From: Phoronis australis
Lineage: Eukaryota > Animalia > Phoronida
Assembly: GCA_002633005.1 (NCBI GenBank)
Contig: NMRA01000596.1
Location: forward strand, 1-61,830
Direction of reading: 5' to 3'
DNA length: 61,830 nucleotides
Part shown: piece after piece, positions 25,005 through 37,299 of the stretch
Layout: every line of letters starts with the position of its first letter
Position numbering within the stretch: position 1 is the stretch's first letter
The notes under the pieces: model-generated
The model's input: only the letters and a program-made list of their open reading frames with translations
What the model was told of the DNA's origin: nothing
The model's database searches: none
Position numbers and translations under genes: made by a program

Positions 25005-26328
25005 GACGGATTGATGTCTTTTGTAGAATCGTCAAGTCCATAATAAAAAAAACAAAAGACCTTTTAAAGGCTTCCCACAACCACCAAAGAGAACTGCTCA
25101 ATTTATATACCAGTGAATCATCAAATCATTCTACCGGAAAATTGAAAGTCTGTTGTTTTAAAGCCTAACTTCAACGGAATTTTGTTACTTTAGATGTATT
25201 AGGCTAACCAGTCCTAGCAAAGACTTAGTAAAATAAGAAAACGCGACTTCAATCACGTAAGTGTAAGCCCGTCACAAGATAAGTGAAGCTGTCTTTTCGT
25301 GCCATGTTGCGTCACTGTGAGATCCCAGCACAAAAAACAAAAGGTTGTATTGAATAGAGCCGGGTCTGAATAGAACACCATTGCGTGCGGTTGTTATTAG
25401 CAGCTGTTTGAATTAAAAGGTGATTCTCGCGGTGACGTACATGTACATGTAGAAATAAGCAAGCTAATACGCCTAACAGTTCGTTACAACTGGCAATTTT
25501 TGGCACCAGTGGACTAAAAGCGATGCCCTTAACATACTGTAGGAACAAAATTTACATGTGTTACCGTGGAAGATATGCTTTAACACTTCTTGTAGACACA
25601 CCACTTCACTTATCGCTTGAGAATCTGCTGTTACTCACCGATTCTATGACTGAGCGTAAGACTTTGAATCTAAGATTGGCCGAAGCATCATTTATAAAAC
25701 AATTTTTGTCAGAACCTGTCTTGCAAATTGGCCGTATTAATGGAATTCGGCGGAAAGTATAGCGTTATCAGTGACATTATCGACCGAAAACACAAAGTTA
25801 GTGAAACTACCAAAACACAAAAGCTGTGGTAGCCAAGAAACAAAATTTAGTGTAAATTAATTCTTTTACTCACTTCAAAAATTTTAAAATTTTTTTGACG
25901 AAATGAATATTAAAACAGTCGCCTTAATTAAATCAATGGTATAGTGATCATGCTTCATCGGCGATGAAGGGAATGTCGAGGGCAATGTGCAAACAACTAT
26001 TCTAGGGTAATTACCTAAAATATCCCAACACGTTTACAAAGGTCTTCGTTTTCTTCACAGGTTACAATGCTCCGCAATCTTTGCAACTTCAGGAAATTGT
26101 AGCAATTAACGCAGAACGTATACGCAGGAGTGTCGAAAGGCTGTCAAATTACACTTGTCTGTTCTAAAATGAGAGACACCTCTGAGGGTTTGGCGACCTA
26201 TAAAATTGAATTTCCGTTGGTTACAGATTAAAATAAATTAGTGAACGTACATGTATAAGAAACGTCTGAAACATTTATTAGGCAATAGATTGTCAATTGA
26301 ATTAACACCCTAACATACCAATTGAATA

Positions 26329-27202
26329 GGAAATGTTCGAAACCCACTGGACTCCCACACCCTAAGACATTCTTGATCTAGGACCTCCCCACGACAGCCA
26401 CGACCCACAGCCCCTACGATACACAACACCCAAGACCTGTGGCAATAAATGTATCTTTGCGCTTTTTACACATTTTATCATTTTATGATCATATTATCTC
26501 GCTGAAGGATATTCCCAAAAAACTTACCTACACACAAATATGCTCTGACTTAAGTGTTTTGGTTAAAAACAGAAAGTGGCGTAAACCAACGATCTGAAAT
26601 GGCGAACTGTGAGCGTGCTATCATTGTCACAGAAATATTTCCACGAGCGGCAAGCAATGGCCCCGTCCTAATAAACTTAGGGAGAGAGAACGTAAACATG
26701 AATGCATATAATTTCACTATTTTGCTATTTTCTTTCTGTTGTATACTCGTTTACAATAGACCCCATTTAATTTTAAGATTCTTTTTTATTTAATAGTTTG
26801 TTTTTCTAACTACATTTATTAAAATATTACATATTTGTCGGTTCCTCGCGCTCTCCCAAGAATTTGAAGCTGCTATTCACTGAGGACTACACGATTACAC
26901 CCTGCCGGGAACGATATTCGTAACGAAGGAAGGTCATTGATTCCATTTGGTCGCTACCAGCATTTTCTGTTTTTGGCTTTCAAACTTTCTGAATGGACTC
27001 TTTCAATTTTCAAACTGACAGAGAAAAGCAAACTGAGCTCACAGCTCGACTGGTTGGTTGTGCAAGTCAGCGCTTGTTCTACAGAATGTTTAGATCGAGT
27101 TGTGCTTGTGTAAACTGGGTCGAGGGAGTTGTGGGCCGTGGGTAGAGGAGGTACATGTAGTTTTTCGTGGGTTGTGGGAGTTGAAGAGTTTTAGAACAAT
27201 CC
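26329..27202 (+). mobile_element. Non-autonomous TIR element with CGACCCA subterminal repeats, copy 1
   Basis: Imperfect TIRs GGAAATGTTCGAAAC / GTTTTAGAACAATCC; internal sequence shared with 57570-58372 and, inverted, with 31781-32425. Confidence 0.7.
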
Positions 27203-27300
27203 AATCCAATCCTATGCTTAGTCTATAACAATTGTGAAAGTTGAGTACAGTTAACATATACGGCATGTTGCACATACATGTACATGTACATAACAGCCTC

Positions 27301-27432
27301 CCGTTCAGTAACACTAGGACCTCGCTAAAAAGCAAGACTTCACGAGATTATGTGAGGTATTGCCTGTGTATTTTAACTTTCTTGACTAGATTTTAGCTAG
27401 GTCCTAGCGTAGGTCCTAGCGACTACTGAACG
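27301..27432. mobile_element. Small MITE
   Basis: TIRs CGTTCAGTAACACTAGGACCT / AGGTCCTAGCGACTACTGAACG; a related inverted fragment lies at ~38940-39015. Confidence 0.6.
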
Positions 27433-27958
27433 CACGCCAGCTTCGTATACCCTCAGTCCTTTCATTCACAAATTCAGCATGACATTAAGCCAACGAGGAG
27501 TACTTTTGATAGAATGGTGCCGGGGAAAACGACGACAAAACGTAGTTTTGATCCTAAGGGAGATGTGCGTTTACATGCATACGACCGTTGGCGTTGAAAA
27601 CGAATGCTACGAGTGGCCTCAGGTCTCTGTGGTTATGAAACAGAAAGTTGTGAAAAGATATAAATCCTCACCCTATTTCCTTGCTTCAATTAAAGGCGAA
27701 GGCAACCTTTTTCCATTTCATTTTGAGCTAAAATAAGGTTGGTTGGTTATCCTAGACATATTTTCCACTAAATTACAGCTTTTCGTAATTTTATTGATTA
27801 CGCGTCCGCTACTCCGGAAGTGACGTTTTAGGAGGCAAGCATTTCGCGCCAATTTCTTTTCATATAGTCTGACTGTGAGAGCTGCCGAATCAGTCATTGT
27901 TCTACCTCGGTAGTGTTAAGTTCCGTCGTCGTTTGCGTTCATTTACTAGTCAGTCAAC

Positions 27959-28199
27959 ATGCCACACTGTTGCTGCGTACCAGGATGTACTAATTATCGG
28001 CTCACAGGCGCTTTGGGAGTACCTTTGCATCGCTTTCCGATGGATGACACACTTCGCCGTACTTGGCTCGTTCGTGTGAAGAACGCAGCGTTACCCGTCC
28101 ACGCAACGTACAAAGCAGTGGAGAATTACCGCGTGTGTGGCAAGCACTTTCTGCCGTCCGATTACGAAAGGGATTTGTACGCTGAACTGATGAAGGTCC
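27959..28199 (+). CDS. THAP zinc-finger N-terminus of Kolobok transposase (partial, runs into gap)
   Basis: MPHCCCVPGCTN...LHRFPMDDTLRRTW...RVCGKHFLPSDY is the C2CH THAP signature. Confidence 0.88.
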
Positions 28200-28695
28200 N
28201 NNNNNNNNNNNNNNNNNNNNNNNNNNNNNNNNNNNNNNNNNNNNNNNNNNNNNNNNNNNNNNNNNNNNNNNNNNNNNNNNNNNNNNNNNNNNNNNNNNNN
28301 NNNNNNNNNNNNNNNNNNNNNNNNNNNNNNNNNNNNNNNNNNNNNNNNNNNNNNNNNNNNNNNNNNNNNNNNNNNNNNNNNNNNNNNNNNNNNNNNNNNN
28401 NNNNNNNNNNNNNNNNNNNNNNNNNNNNNNNNNNNNNNNNNNNNNNNNNNNNNNNNNNNNNNNNNNNNNNNNNNNNNNNNNNNNNNNNNNNNNNNNNNNN
28501 NNNNNNNNNNNNNNNNNNNNNNNNNNNNNNNNNNNNNNNNNNNNNNNNNNNNNNNNNNNNNNNNNNNNNNNNNNNNNNNNNNNNNNNNNNNNNNNNNNNN
28601 NNNNNNNNNNNNNNNNNNNNNNNNNNNNNNNNNNNNNNNNNNNNNNNNNNNNNNNNNNNNNNNNNNNNNNNNNNNNNNNNNNNNNNNNNNNNNNN

Positions 28696-28721
28696 TGATA
28701 CGGGTCACCGACTCCAGCCAT
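28696..28721 (-). CDS. Probable start of the Kolobok accessory ORF (KolX), partial
   Basis: AAAATGGCTGGAGTCGGTGACCCGTATCA = MAGVGDPY(Q/H), pointing into the gap and convergent with the THAP ORF; only 8 codons are visible. Confidence 0.4.
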
Positions 28722-31368
28722 TTTCAGCTTACAACACACTAAACAATCCCTAAATCCAACGTAGTTGAGTTCTCTACTAACCTCTCTTGCCGCAGAATAC
28801 TCGCCGATGGAAAGTGGTGGCGACAATTGTTGAAAAACAGCACAAAACAAAAGTAGAATAGAACAGATTCGCACGGTAAAGTCAACGCAAAACCAAGTGG
28901 CGGGAAACGCTTGCCTCCTAAAACGTCACTTCCGGAGTAGCAGACGAGTAATTTATAAAATTACGAAAAGCTTTAATTAAGTGGAAAATATGTCTAGGAT
29001 AACCAACCAACCTTATTTTAGCTCAAAATGGCATGGAAAAAGGTTGCCTTCGCCTTTAATAAGTTGACATTTCGATGTTTCGATCTCATGCTAACGACAT
29101 ACATGTACTTTAACCACCGATTCAATTTTTGTAATCCATTTTCTACTTGCATGGTTTCGTAAGTCTAAAAGCACGTGACGTGTACAGGCTGTGAACTGTG
29201 ACTTACTTAGGAAGCAGGGCGTAAACAACAATTTCGCTGGGAACAATACGTATATTTGAGGTTTTAATGATAATTAAGTTAGTTACGCACTGCAAAATCA
29301 GTTGACATCGCGAGTGAACGTTGAAATAGCTAACATAGTTAAGGATTGTATAGGTTATGTGTACCAAAAACAAGTTTTCACAGAACACTTAACCGAAAAC
29401 TTTGAGATTTTCACTTGTCCTAGTAGTTTAATCGGCTTTTTCTCGGCTTCGGCAAATCGACTTTATTTGAACTTAGGAGCACTAGTTCTCAAAAACGGCT
29501 AGACGGATTTCGCTGAAACATTCTAAGCTTAATACTTAGTCATCAATCTCAAAAAAGCCATTAGGATTTTCATATAAAGGCTTAGTTTTTGCGTAATGTG
29601 ACAAAGACAAATACGACTTCAATTTTTTTACACAAATACCTCACGTTTTCCGAGTTGATTTGTCATAGAAACCAATTGAACAGACTAATCGAAAACTCAT
29701 AACAGTGTTTTTGAGGTAACTGGTGAATTTTTCATTTAAAAAAGGTTTCGTTAAAATCTACAGAAGGTTTATTTTGATATGATTGTACCTTTCTTAAAAA
29801 TGGAATTTTGACTTAAAAGGTTTTTGCGTAAACATGATAATCGCACATAAATATAAAAAGTATATTTATATATTTCCTGGTCTTTGTTCTTTCAGAAAAT
29901 ATATTCTTTTACTAGTTGACAAAGCTTAGTTTTTTGATATACGAGTTAGAATGGAGGCCACCAATTAAGGTTGGAGATAACCTTAATATCATTGAGAAGT
30001 CTCCGCTTTTTGTGACATTGGGATTGGACGCCTCTCTTAATGTAGGTGGCTGAACCTGGTATACTGTCGACGTGAACAATGAAAGTCACTGCTGCGGTTA
30101 TGAGAATTTTCTACACGTTTGACACCGTGGACCTAGTGAGAGGTGTACGTGTATTATGAATGATACATTTATTGTCGAATAAATGGCGAAATAAGAACTC
30201 CCTGCAGGTGAGCTACAATCAGGAGATTACCTTTATCTTCGACAATGTCACTAAAAATTGTCTTCGTCCACACAACTACACAAGTTTTTCTCGTAAAAAT
30301 CCCTTTTACATGTACCTCCTCAGGAAAATACAGAAGCCGAATGTTTCATAAGACAGGGTATTATGGGATTGAATACCGCATGCTTACGATTATCGCTGAA
30401 AGAGGCTATGAGCCAGTGTTCTGTACAAGAAACAAAGTCTTGATTTCTAACACTTTCCAATATAAAATTGGACCCTACGTGTTCCTTGGTCAAACGGAAA
30501 ACAATTTATGGCAATGAAGAAAACTGACAGACTGGGATGACGGTCGTGGCGGACCATGTACCGTTTCAGACTTAATTCCGCACCTGTGTCTGTAGTTAGC
30601 CTCAGGCGGATCCAGGATTTTGCCCATCTCTGGGTCTAAACAATGAAGGTGGGCAGTAGAGTCGGCTGGGGGTCGTCTTGTGAGTCGGCATAGGGGCCGG
30701 CTGCCGTTAGGCTAAAATTAGGTGACCGGTCGGCAACATAGCTGACCGGTCGATGATCGGGCGTTGACCCTATCCAACCGGTCGGACAAGAAATCGTGAT
30801 ATGAGCTGTACATTGTATCAGATTTTAAGCTGATAATTAAAATTATGCGCAATGGAGATACTATAAACGGTGTACCGAGATCAACGATATTGCAAGAAAA
30901 ATTATGCGCACTAGCTACAGTTTGTGCACGGAAAGAGAAGAGTTGAGAAGTCTAGATTAGCATGATGGTTGTACATCTGAAATCAAGAAAAGAGAACTTG
31001 GCAAAACCGCAACAGAAGGAAATAAATTGTCGTAACCTACATGTACACAGGCTAATTGTGTACATTCGACGTACAAATGGTTACTAGATTATAGTGATAG
31101 CTTTTCTGATTGGATTTCAAATTGATAATTTTATTGTGTTTGGTATTTAAGTTACAAAACTACACTGTTGGTCTACATAACCTACCTCAGATAAGTTACT
31201 GGGACTTCCGGACTTCTAATACCTTGGAGCTCCTCACACCCCTAATCCGGCACTGGGTTTGAGATATCCTTGAGGCCCATATAGAGTGACTCAGGGTTTT
31301 AGGCTAATTATTGGACATTATTATTTAACATGTTTGGCAAGAGAGTACATTGTCACCATCTTAAACCT

Positions 31369-31409
31369 TGCTTTAGAATACTGCTTTAGAATACTGCTTT
31401 AGAATACTG
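31369..31409. repeat. 13-bp tandem repeat x3
   Basis: (TGCTTTAGAATAC)3. Confidence 0.9.
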
Positions 31410-31780
31410 TAGGTAACGATCGTGAATTCATTATCCCAAAAATGAGAAAACAGAGAAAAGGCGAATGCAATAGGAAAGTTTCTTGGATCCATGGATATGA
31501 GGGTGACGTATGAACGTAGCCAGGCACCAGGAAAGAGAAAGGAGCCATTCCGTGGTCATATACTACGTTGTCACAACCAGTACAAACGCATCACCACACA
31601 GTAACTGACAACAAAACACAGGAAAACGAGCAGCAATATCTTATGATTTTTTACGCTAAACACAACGCACGATAACTAGACTAGTACTGTGATTGGTATT
31701 CCTGATTTTACGCAAAACGAATCAGTGTCCACCAATAAACGCTCGTAACCTGAAATGATCTGAAAAAAACATCGGCCGAT

Positions 31781-32425
31781 GAATTGTCCTAAAGCCCCCT
31801 GCGACCCCCACTCTCCACATCCCCGTCGACCCACAACCACACATTCCAAGGCCCCCGTCGACCCACGACCCATGACCCCCTCGACGCACGACCCAAACTG
31901 AACCCTCTCGACCCACTTTACACAATTCCGAATCGATCTGAACGTAAAACAAGTGCTGGCTTGCAGGACCAAGGAGTTGAAATGCGAATTCGGCTTGCTG
32001 TTGCCTGTTTCTTTTTGCAATTAAGACAGTCTATTCCGCATAATTGAAAGCCAAAAACGTAAAAATACAACAGGATCAAATCAAAACCAAAGACCTATCA
32101 ACGTTACAAATGTCGTATTCGGCATACTGTAAAAGTCTAGTCAAATCTTCAGTGAAGTGCCGGATTGAAGCTTTTTGGGAGAGTGTCAGGAACTGAGAAA
32201 TATGCAATCCTTCAGTAATACAGTTTGAAAAAACAAACTGTTAACTAAATAGTATCTTAACGCTCTAAACGAGTGTACAACAAAAATCAAATAATAAATA
32301 GGTCAAATTATATACATTCACGTTATCATATTGAGAAGGTACATGTACCGCCGTGGATCGAGAAATCGTGAGTCGAGGAGTCGTGGGATGTGGGGGTCGA
32401 GGGGTTCGAGGAGTTTACAACAATC
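31781..32425 (-). mobile_element. CGACCCA-repeat TIR element, inverted copy 2
   Basis: 31900-32065 is the reverse complement of ~26960-27130 and ~58150-58310; both ends carry CGACCC/GGGTCG arrays. Confidence 0.7.
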
Positions 32426-33590
32426 TTTGTCAGATAGTTTGCAAGTGACAAAATGTGAAAGTTGATGGACTTGTGAGATTGTTCTTGTTTTCGTGTTTTA
32501 CATGAAATTCTTGATTTTGAAGTTTTGTAGGAATGTTTCTAGCCAAGTGCCTATACAGCAGTAGACTATGCCTCGTTCAAAGAAGTGCACTGTAGAAGAC
32601 CTGTAAACATTTGACTTTTGACTTTTTACGTATTTATTAATACTTAGATCATGTGACAATAAAATCATCGATTTTCTTTTGATATAAATTCCAAATCGTG
32701 CTCTCAAAAACACTGTCACATTTTTCTGACACATCATATATTTTTGGCGAAACACAAGTTTCATTATTTCCACAGGAATCCTATACATATAGCTCCTTGT
32801 GCAAAAGTGTAATGTTTTGAAATTAAATCTCAGCAAAAATTGTGAGAGTAGTACACAAAGCATAGTATCTGAAAGTTTCATTTATGTCCAATCTACAGTT
32901 TCCAAGAAATGATGTTTCAAGTTCGGCCCATGATTGTACTGTCATTGAGCAGATTTGATTGGTGGGTGTTAAATAAAGACGATAGTGTTGACGTCGTCCA
33001 AAAAACGTTGTACTCTCATTCCTATTGCCACGACTTTCGGCACACACCCTCAACCCAAATTTTCAATATCGTTTTTTAACAGTTACCAATTTATTAACAC
33101 ATACGCAAAAATATAATACTGCACTGTATAAAATTCAGTGCGGAAACCCCAGTTAGCATTATACTCAGGCTTTAGAGAATCAACGCACAATGATAAATAT
33201 AGGTTTTACTGTACAACGTTTGTACCAATGGTTGTTATATCGAGATTCGTGATATGCAAAAATATTTGAACGAGGGTGCCTAACTGAGGACTCTTTAAAA
33301 AAGCGGGTTTACACAGATTGCTCCACTTGTTTTGGTGTCGTTTGTCATCTTTTATCAATGATGATCGCTGATCGCGTGAGACGTATTACGTGCAAGCAAT
33401 ATTTTTATGAATGATTTTGTGCAGCCTGCATGACACGGAAGTTAAAGTTGCATTGTACAGCAGCTACAGGCTTGGGGGTGCGTATCTGCTATTTTTCAGT
33501 ATTTTTGTCAGAGTTTGAGCTAAGTCTATTTCTAACTTTAATTTGCTTATATTTCTGACGATTTTTCTTGACTTCATTGAGTGATGTCTC

Positions 33591-33624
33591 ACCCTAACCC
33601 TAACTCTAACCCTAACCATAACCC
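33591..33624. repeat. Interstitial telomere-like (CCCTAA)n tract, ~5 units
   Basis: ACCCTAACCCTAACTCTAACCCTAACCATAACCC. Confidence 0.85.
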
Positions 33625-33758
33625 AGAAGTTGTGGCTGATGAGCGTTTGGACGCTTCTTAAAAATGCTCCTTGCGCGCGGTTCTCATCACCAGCTACTTA
33701 CCACAGCTTATTTGCAAGCAATAGCCACCAGGTGGTGTTGAGCAACCACAAGGGACCA

Positions 33759-34356
33759 CTAGCTGGTTCCCTGCGTGCTTAGCTCAGCCAGCACGCAGGT
33801 ATCACGCATTGGCACGCCCTTGAGCACCGGGTCGATGTAACCTCGGCAGTCATTGGTTAACTTTACAACATCGTAAAAAAATGGCGGACTGTGAACGATT
33901 TTTAGCCTTGTCACGCAACTGGCGTCGCAGCAACTATTTCTTTCTGCAGTGATGTTTAGCCGCGTGCTTGAAGCACATACTACAATAAACACATAGGCCT
34001 ATCTGGTCGATTTAACAGGTGTGTTATTCATACTGTATGAATAAAGGACACTATCGTAAACAAAAGTCATCGAAAGTAGAAAGATGCATTCCGAAAAGGC
34101 GCAATCACACTTTCTAGGCTTCACATTTCCTGAACATAAATTTTAAGCACCGATTTGTCTGTACATGTATAACAAACCACATTTACACTTCAGTCCATCA
34201 GTCATGCCAGTTTGTTTGCGTAAAGCACTGCCTGTTGAGAATTCGACTAGCCAATCAGAAACGCCGGTGTAAAAGAAATCCCAAAGGAAAATTAAGTGAT
34301 ACCTGCGTGCTGGCGCGGCTACCGCCCCACCTAGCGGCACGCAGGGAACCAACTAG
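33759..34356. mobile_element. ~600-bp MITE with ~10-bp TSD (Mutator-like)
   Basis: TIRs CTAGCTGGTTCCCTGCGTGC..CCAGCACGCAGGTATCAC / GTGATACCTGCGTGCTGG..GCACGCAGGGAACCAACTAG; flanks CAAGGGACCA / CAAGGGGCCA. Confidence 0.8.
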
Positions 34357-34795
34357 CAAGGGGCCACAACCTGGTGACCATATGTGACACGAGGTTTTCC
34401 TCCAGTATCCCGCCGATTGGTCCAGGGGAGCTCTAAAACTAGGTCCGCAAACACAAACAGGTCACCGACAGGTGCATGTAACCACTCTTATTCCCTATAC
34501 TATGTGACGGCACCAGCTACGAACATTCCTTTTATTTAATTTGTTGATATTTGACATAACCTTTTGTAACAGTTCACATTTTGATAAATGCTGATTTTGG
34601 TTCACAGGGAACACTGACAATCAATTGAACTTTTTGAGGTTTGATTATTCAAACTATTCATTTAGTTAAGCAGCCTGCACTCGTATGTCATGCCTTGACA
34701 TTCGTGTTACAAGTGACCTCAATTCTTTTCTCCATCTTGAAGTTGTGCCGCCTATTCGAGATACGTACCACCATGTAGTACGTACTTGTTTGATC

Positions 34796-34870
34796 AAGGG
34801 CGGCGCAGCACTGAAAAAAGTGAGGACTAAACCCCCCTCAGCCCCCCCCCCCCCTTGGTGCGCCGCTGTG
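34796..34870. mobile_element. Tiny GC-rich MITE (hAT5-like)
   Basis: CAAGGGCGGCGCA ... TGCGCCGCTGTG; flanks TTGAT / TTGAA. Confidence 0.5.
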
Positions 34871-34999
34871 TTGAATGGTGACATCTTGGGTACTGATGAG
34901 CGCTTACAGTTGTAGAAATACATGTAAGATTGTGGTGACATTGAAAAAATACTTCTAGTTCAACTGAAGTGAATTTGGGTTCAACTTCGATTCCCACGA

Positions 35000-36200
35000 C
35001 AATGACTGCATCGAGGATTTGTTTACTTCAACTAAATTTAATGAAATTTAAGGACATTCCGTATGAAGTTTAAGAAGTTAACAGAAAATTGTAAATAACC
35101 CAGTTTAGTAACAATTGTATTAGCTGTCAAAGCTGATCGTCGCAAAACGTTGATTCAATTTGCTGACAATTAATAAACAATCTAAGGAATGATCGAGCTG
35201 ATTAAGCAAGCCCGATACATTTCCATGTCTCAAATTGTATAATACTGACTATCATGTCACTTCAAAATTATATAAAGCCATTTTAATTTGTTTTGTCTCA
35301 ACTTAAAGTCGTATTGGAGAAAACCTTTCCCACGAACTCCACGAATATCATGGATTACTTTTCAGACACTTCTGTTCTACATAATGCGTATGAAGTCTAA
35401 AGAATCTTTCAAAACATTGATACGTCGAAAACTGACAAAGCAACAAACACAACGATTAAAATGTTTAAAGTTTTGGCAATTTCATTTTCTAGGACAGCAA
35501 CTAGATTATTTAATAAGGTCTTCTCAACCAGACGGTAAATGATACCTGTGTCTAAAAAGGACTTCACGACTGTAGTGTCTAGTTGTCAGCCCCTTACTCT
35601 ACTCTACGTACTCTTAAACTTTCTCAAAAATTTGTGCAGGTGTATTAATTGCCGAAAAATTCCCAACCTTTTTAGAAAGAATTCTGAATATGTTTCCTGT
35701 TGCTATTTAAGTTTTATTGAAGGATTCTTATAGTCTACCTTATTTTAACTACGCAGATGCTATCTTTAGTAATGAAAATTTTACTTCTCTCTGAAATCTT
35801 GAATCACTTCAGTATCAAGCTGCTCTTTCCATATCAGAAGTTGCTAATGGTTTTAATTCAATTAATGTCTTAGGAATTCTGAATTAGACTGTTCTGCCTC
35901 CGTTAAGAAGACATCACTCGGATATTAACCACTACAAACGTGACACACCATTTATCAATATACACCTTATAACTACTACCGAGTTCAAAATTTCTCGTAA
36001 CTACCACCATTCATTCAGATAAATTCCATTTTTTCTGGTTTGCTTTTGTCGAATAAGTTACAACTGGAACTTAAAGTGGTCAAACAAATTTCGTTAAAAA
36101 TCGTTTTCAGTACTTTCTTAAACGTGACGTATATCGTAGAAAAATGACATCAAAATTCGTATAACAATTGATTAAATAACAAGTGTACCTGCGATTGTCT
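35000..36200 (+). mobile_element. Highly decayed CR1/L2-group LINE related to 16914-18352
   Basis: IPVSKKD...CQPLTLL (decayed IP.KK..YRPISLL) at 35539; FNYADAIF..LESLQYQAALSIS at ~35745-35880. Confidence 0.6.
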
Positions 36201-36380
36201 AATTAGGAAAACTCACGAGTGAATGTACTGTTGCTTGAGGCTGGGCCAACAGGAAGCTGGAGAAAAAGAACAAACAACGCTACCATCGGACTTGATAGGA
36301 AATACATAGGATTTGGATATGAAGCATGAAGGGCTGTATTTGCCCAAATAGTAGGATTTAAGTCAGAGTGCCATAGATCT

Positions 36381-37023
36381 CATTATTGGGGACAAATAAA
36401 GCAACAAGAATAATATATATTTTAAGTTGTATTCGGAATTTCAGGGTCACAGCTTTACAAATAAATATTTCACAGAAGGAACCAGATGGGTTCCTTAATT
36501 ACAAGATATAACACACACATTCCTGATACCCAAAGTGTAATTGTGTATCTGATACTAAGTGGCACAGGTTAGCATAGTACCAAATGGGTACATAATACCA
36601 AATGGGTATTGGACGATTGCCTACCAAGTGGGTCGAGCAAAACGGCAAATTCAATAACAAGTACCAAGTGGGTACAAACTGTCAAATGGGCAAATATTAT
36701 ATAAAGTACTAAGTGGTTACACCAAACAGCCTGCAAAGCAGGTTCCGGACAAGCTGGGAGAGCAGACCAGTCGGAGTAATAAAAAGGGATAATGTAAGAA
36801 ACGTGGTGTTGGTGGGTCAGTATGTGCCACATGGGCAGGCTTGTTCATGGATGGGCAATCCTTGGGTATCGGAAATGTGTGTGTTATCTCTTGTAATTAA
36901 GGAACCCATCTGGTTCTTTCTGTGAAATGTTTAATATTTGTAAAGCTGTGACCCTGAAATTCCCAATACAACTTAAAATATATACATGTATTATTCTTGT
37001 TGTTTTACTTGTCCCCAATAATG
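36381..37023. mobile_element. Foldback-type MITE with ~155-bp TIRs
   Basis: 36381-36535 is the reverse complement of ~36860-37023; internal ACCAA(A/G)TGGGTA repeats; partial copy at 20800-21212. Confidence 0.85.
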
Positions 37024-37299
37024 GTGATGCTCAGTGCGTCGGTAATACTGAACATAAAGAGCTCTTTAGTACCCTCGATCAGAGTTGGTCTCTTTTTGGT
37101 CACCTAATGCCATTGCTCATTATTATACTTTTTGTTAAATAGTTCATAGTTATGTTCACTATATATATAACCCTCAATAATATGATTAGTTTTCTGGGCT
37201 ACTTCCTTGAACTATAATTGTATTGTATTGTAATTGTGTTACAATAAAAAGTGAACCAGTGCAATCAAGTATCCAGAGTATATTTCAAGCTACAAAATA

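Larger units (their letters stand above)
1..26070 (+). repeat. Degraded tandem segmental duplication array; inferred unit: gene B - block P - block Q - block R - gene A - flank - block X
   Basis: Homologous blocks. X: 1-425 ~ 23550-24010. P: 2625-4100 ~ 15525-16915 ~ 25780-26070 (partial). Q: 1460-2620 ~ 4130-5830 ~ 7300-9130 ~ 18355-20100. R: 6030-6488 ~ 9700-10275 ~ 20150-20601. A 3' flank: 6760-7050 ~ 10561-10840 ~ 22973-23300. Confidence 0.85.
27694..29055 (+). mobile_element. Kolobok DNA transposon spanning an assembly gap
   Basis: TTAA TSD at 27690-27693 and 29056-29059; AGG...CCT termini; ~160-bp near-perfect TIRs; THAP ORF on + strand and a convergent ORF start on - strand. Confidence 0.92.

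Noticed and set aside
28002-28874. Long minus-strand ORFs across the Kolobok gap
   Set aside because: Their length comes from translating Ns.
33591-33624. True telomere or chromosome fusion site
   Set aside because: Only ~5 degenerate units in one orientation; such tracts are common inside invertebrate repeats.
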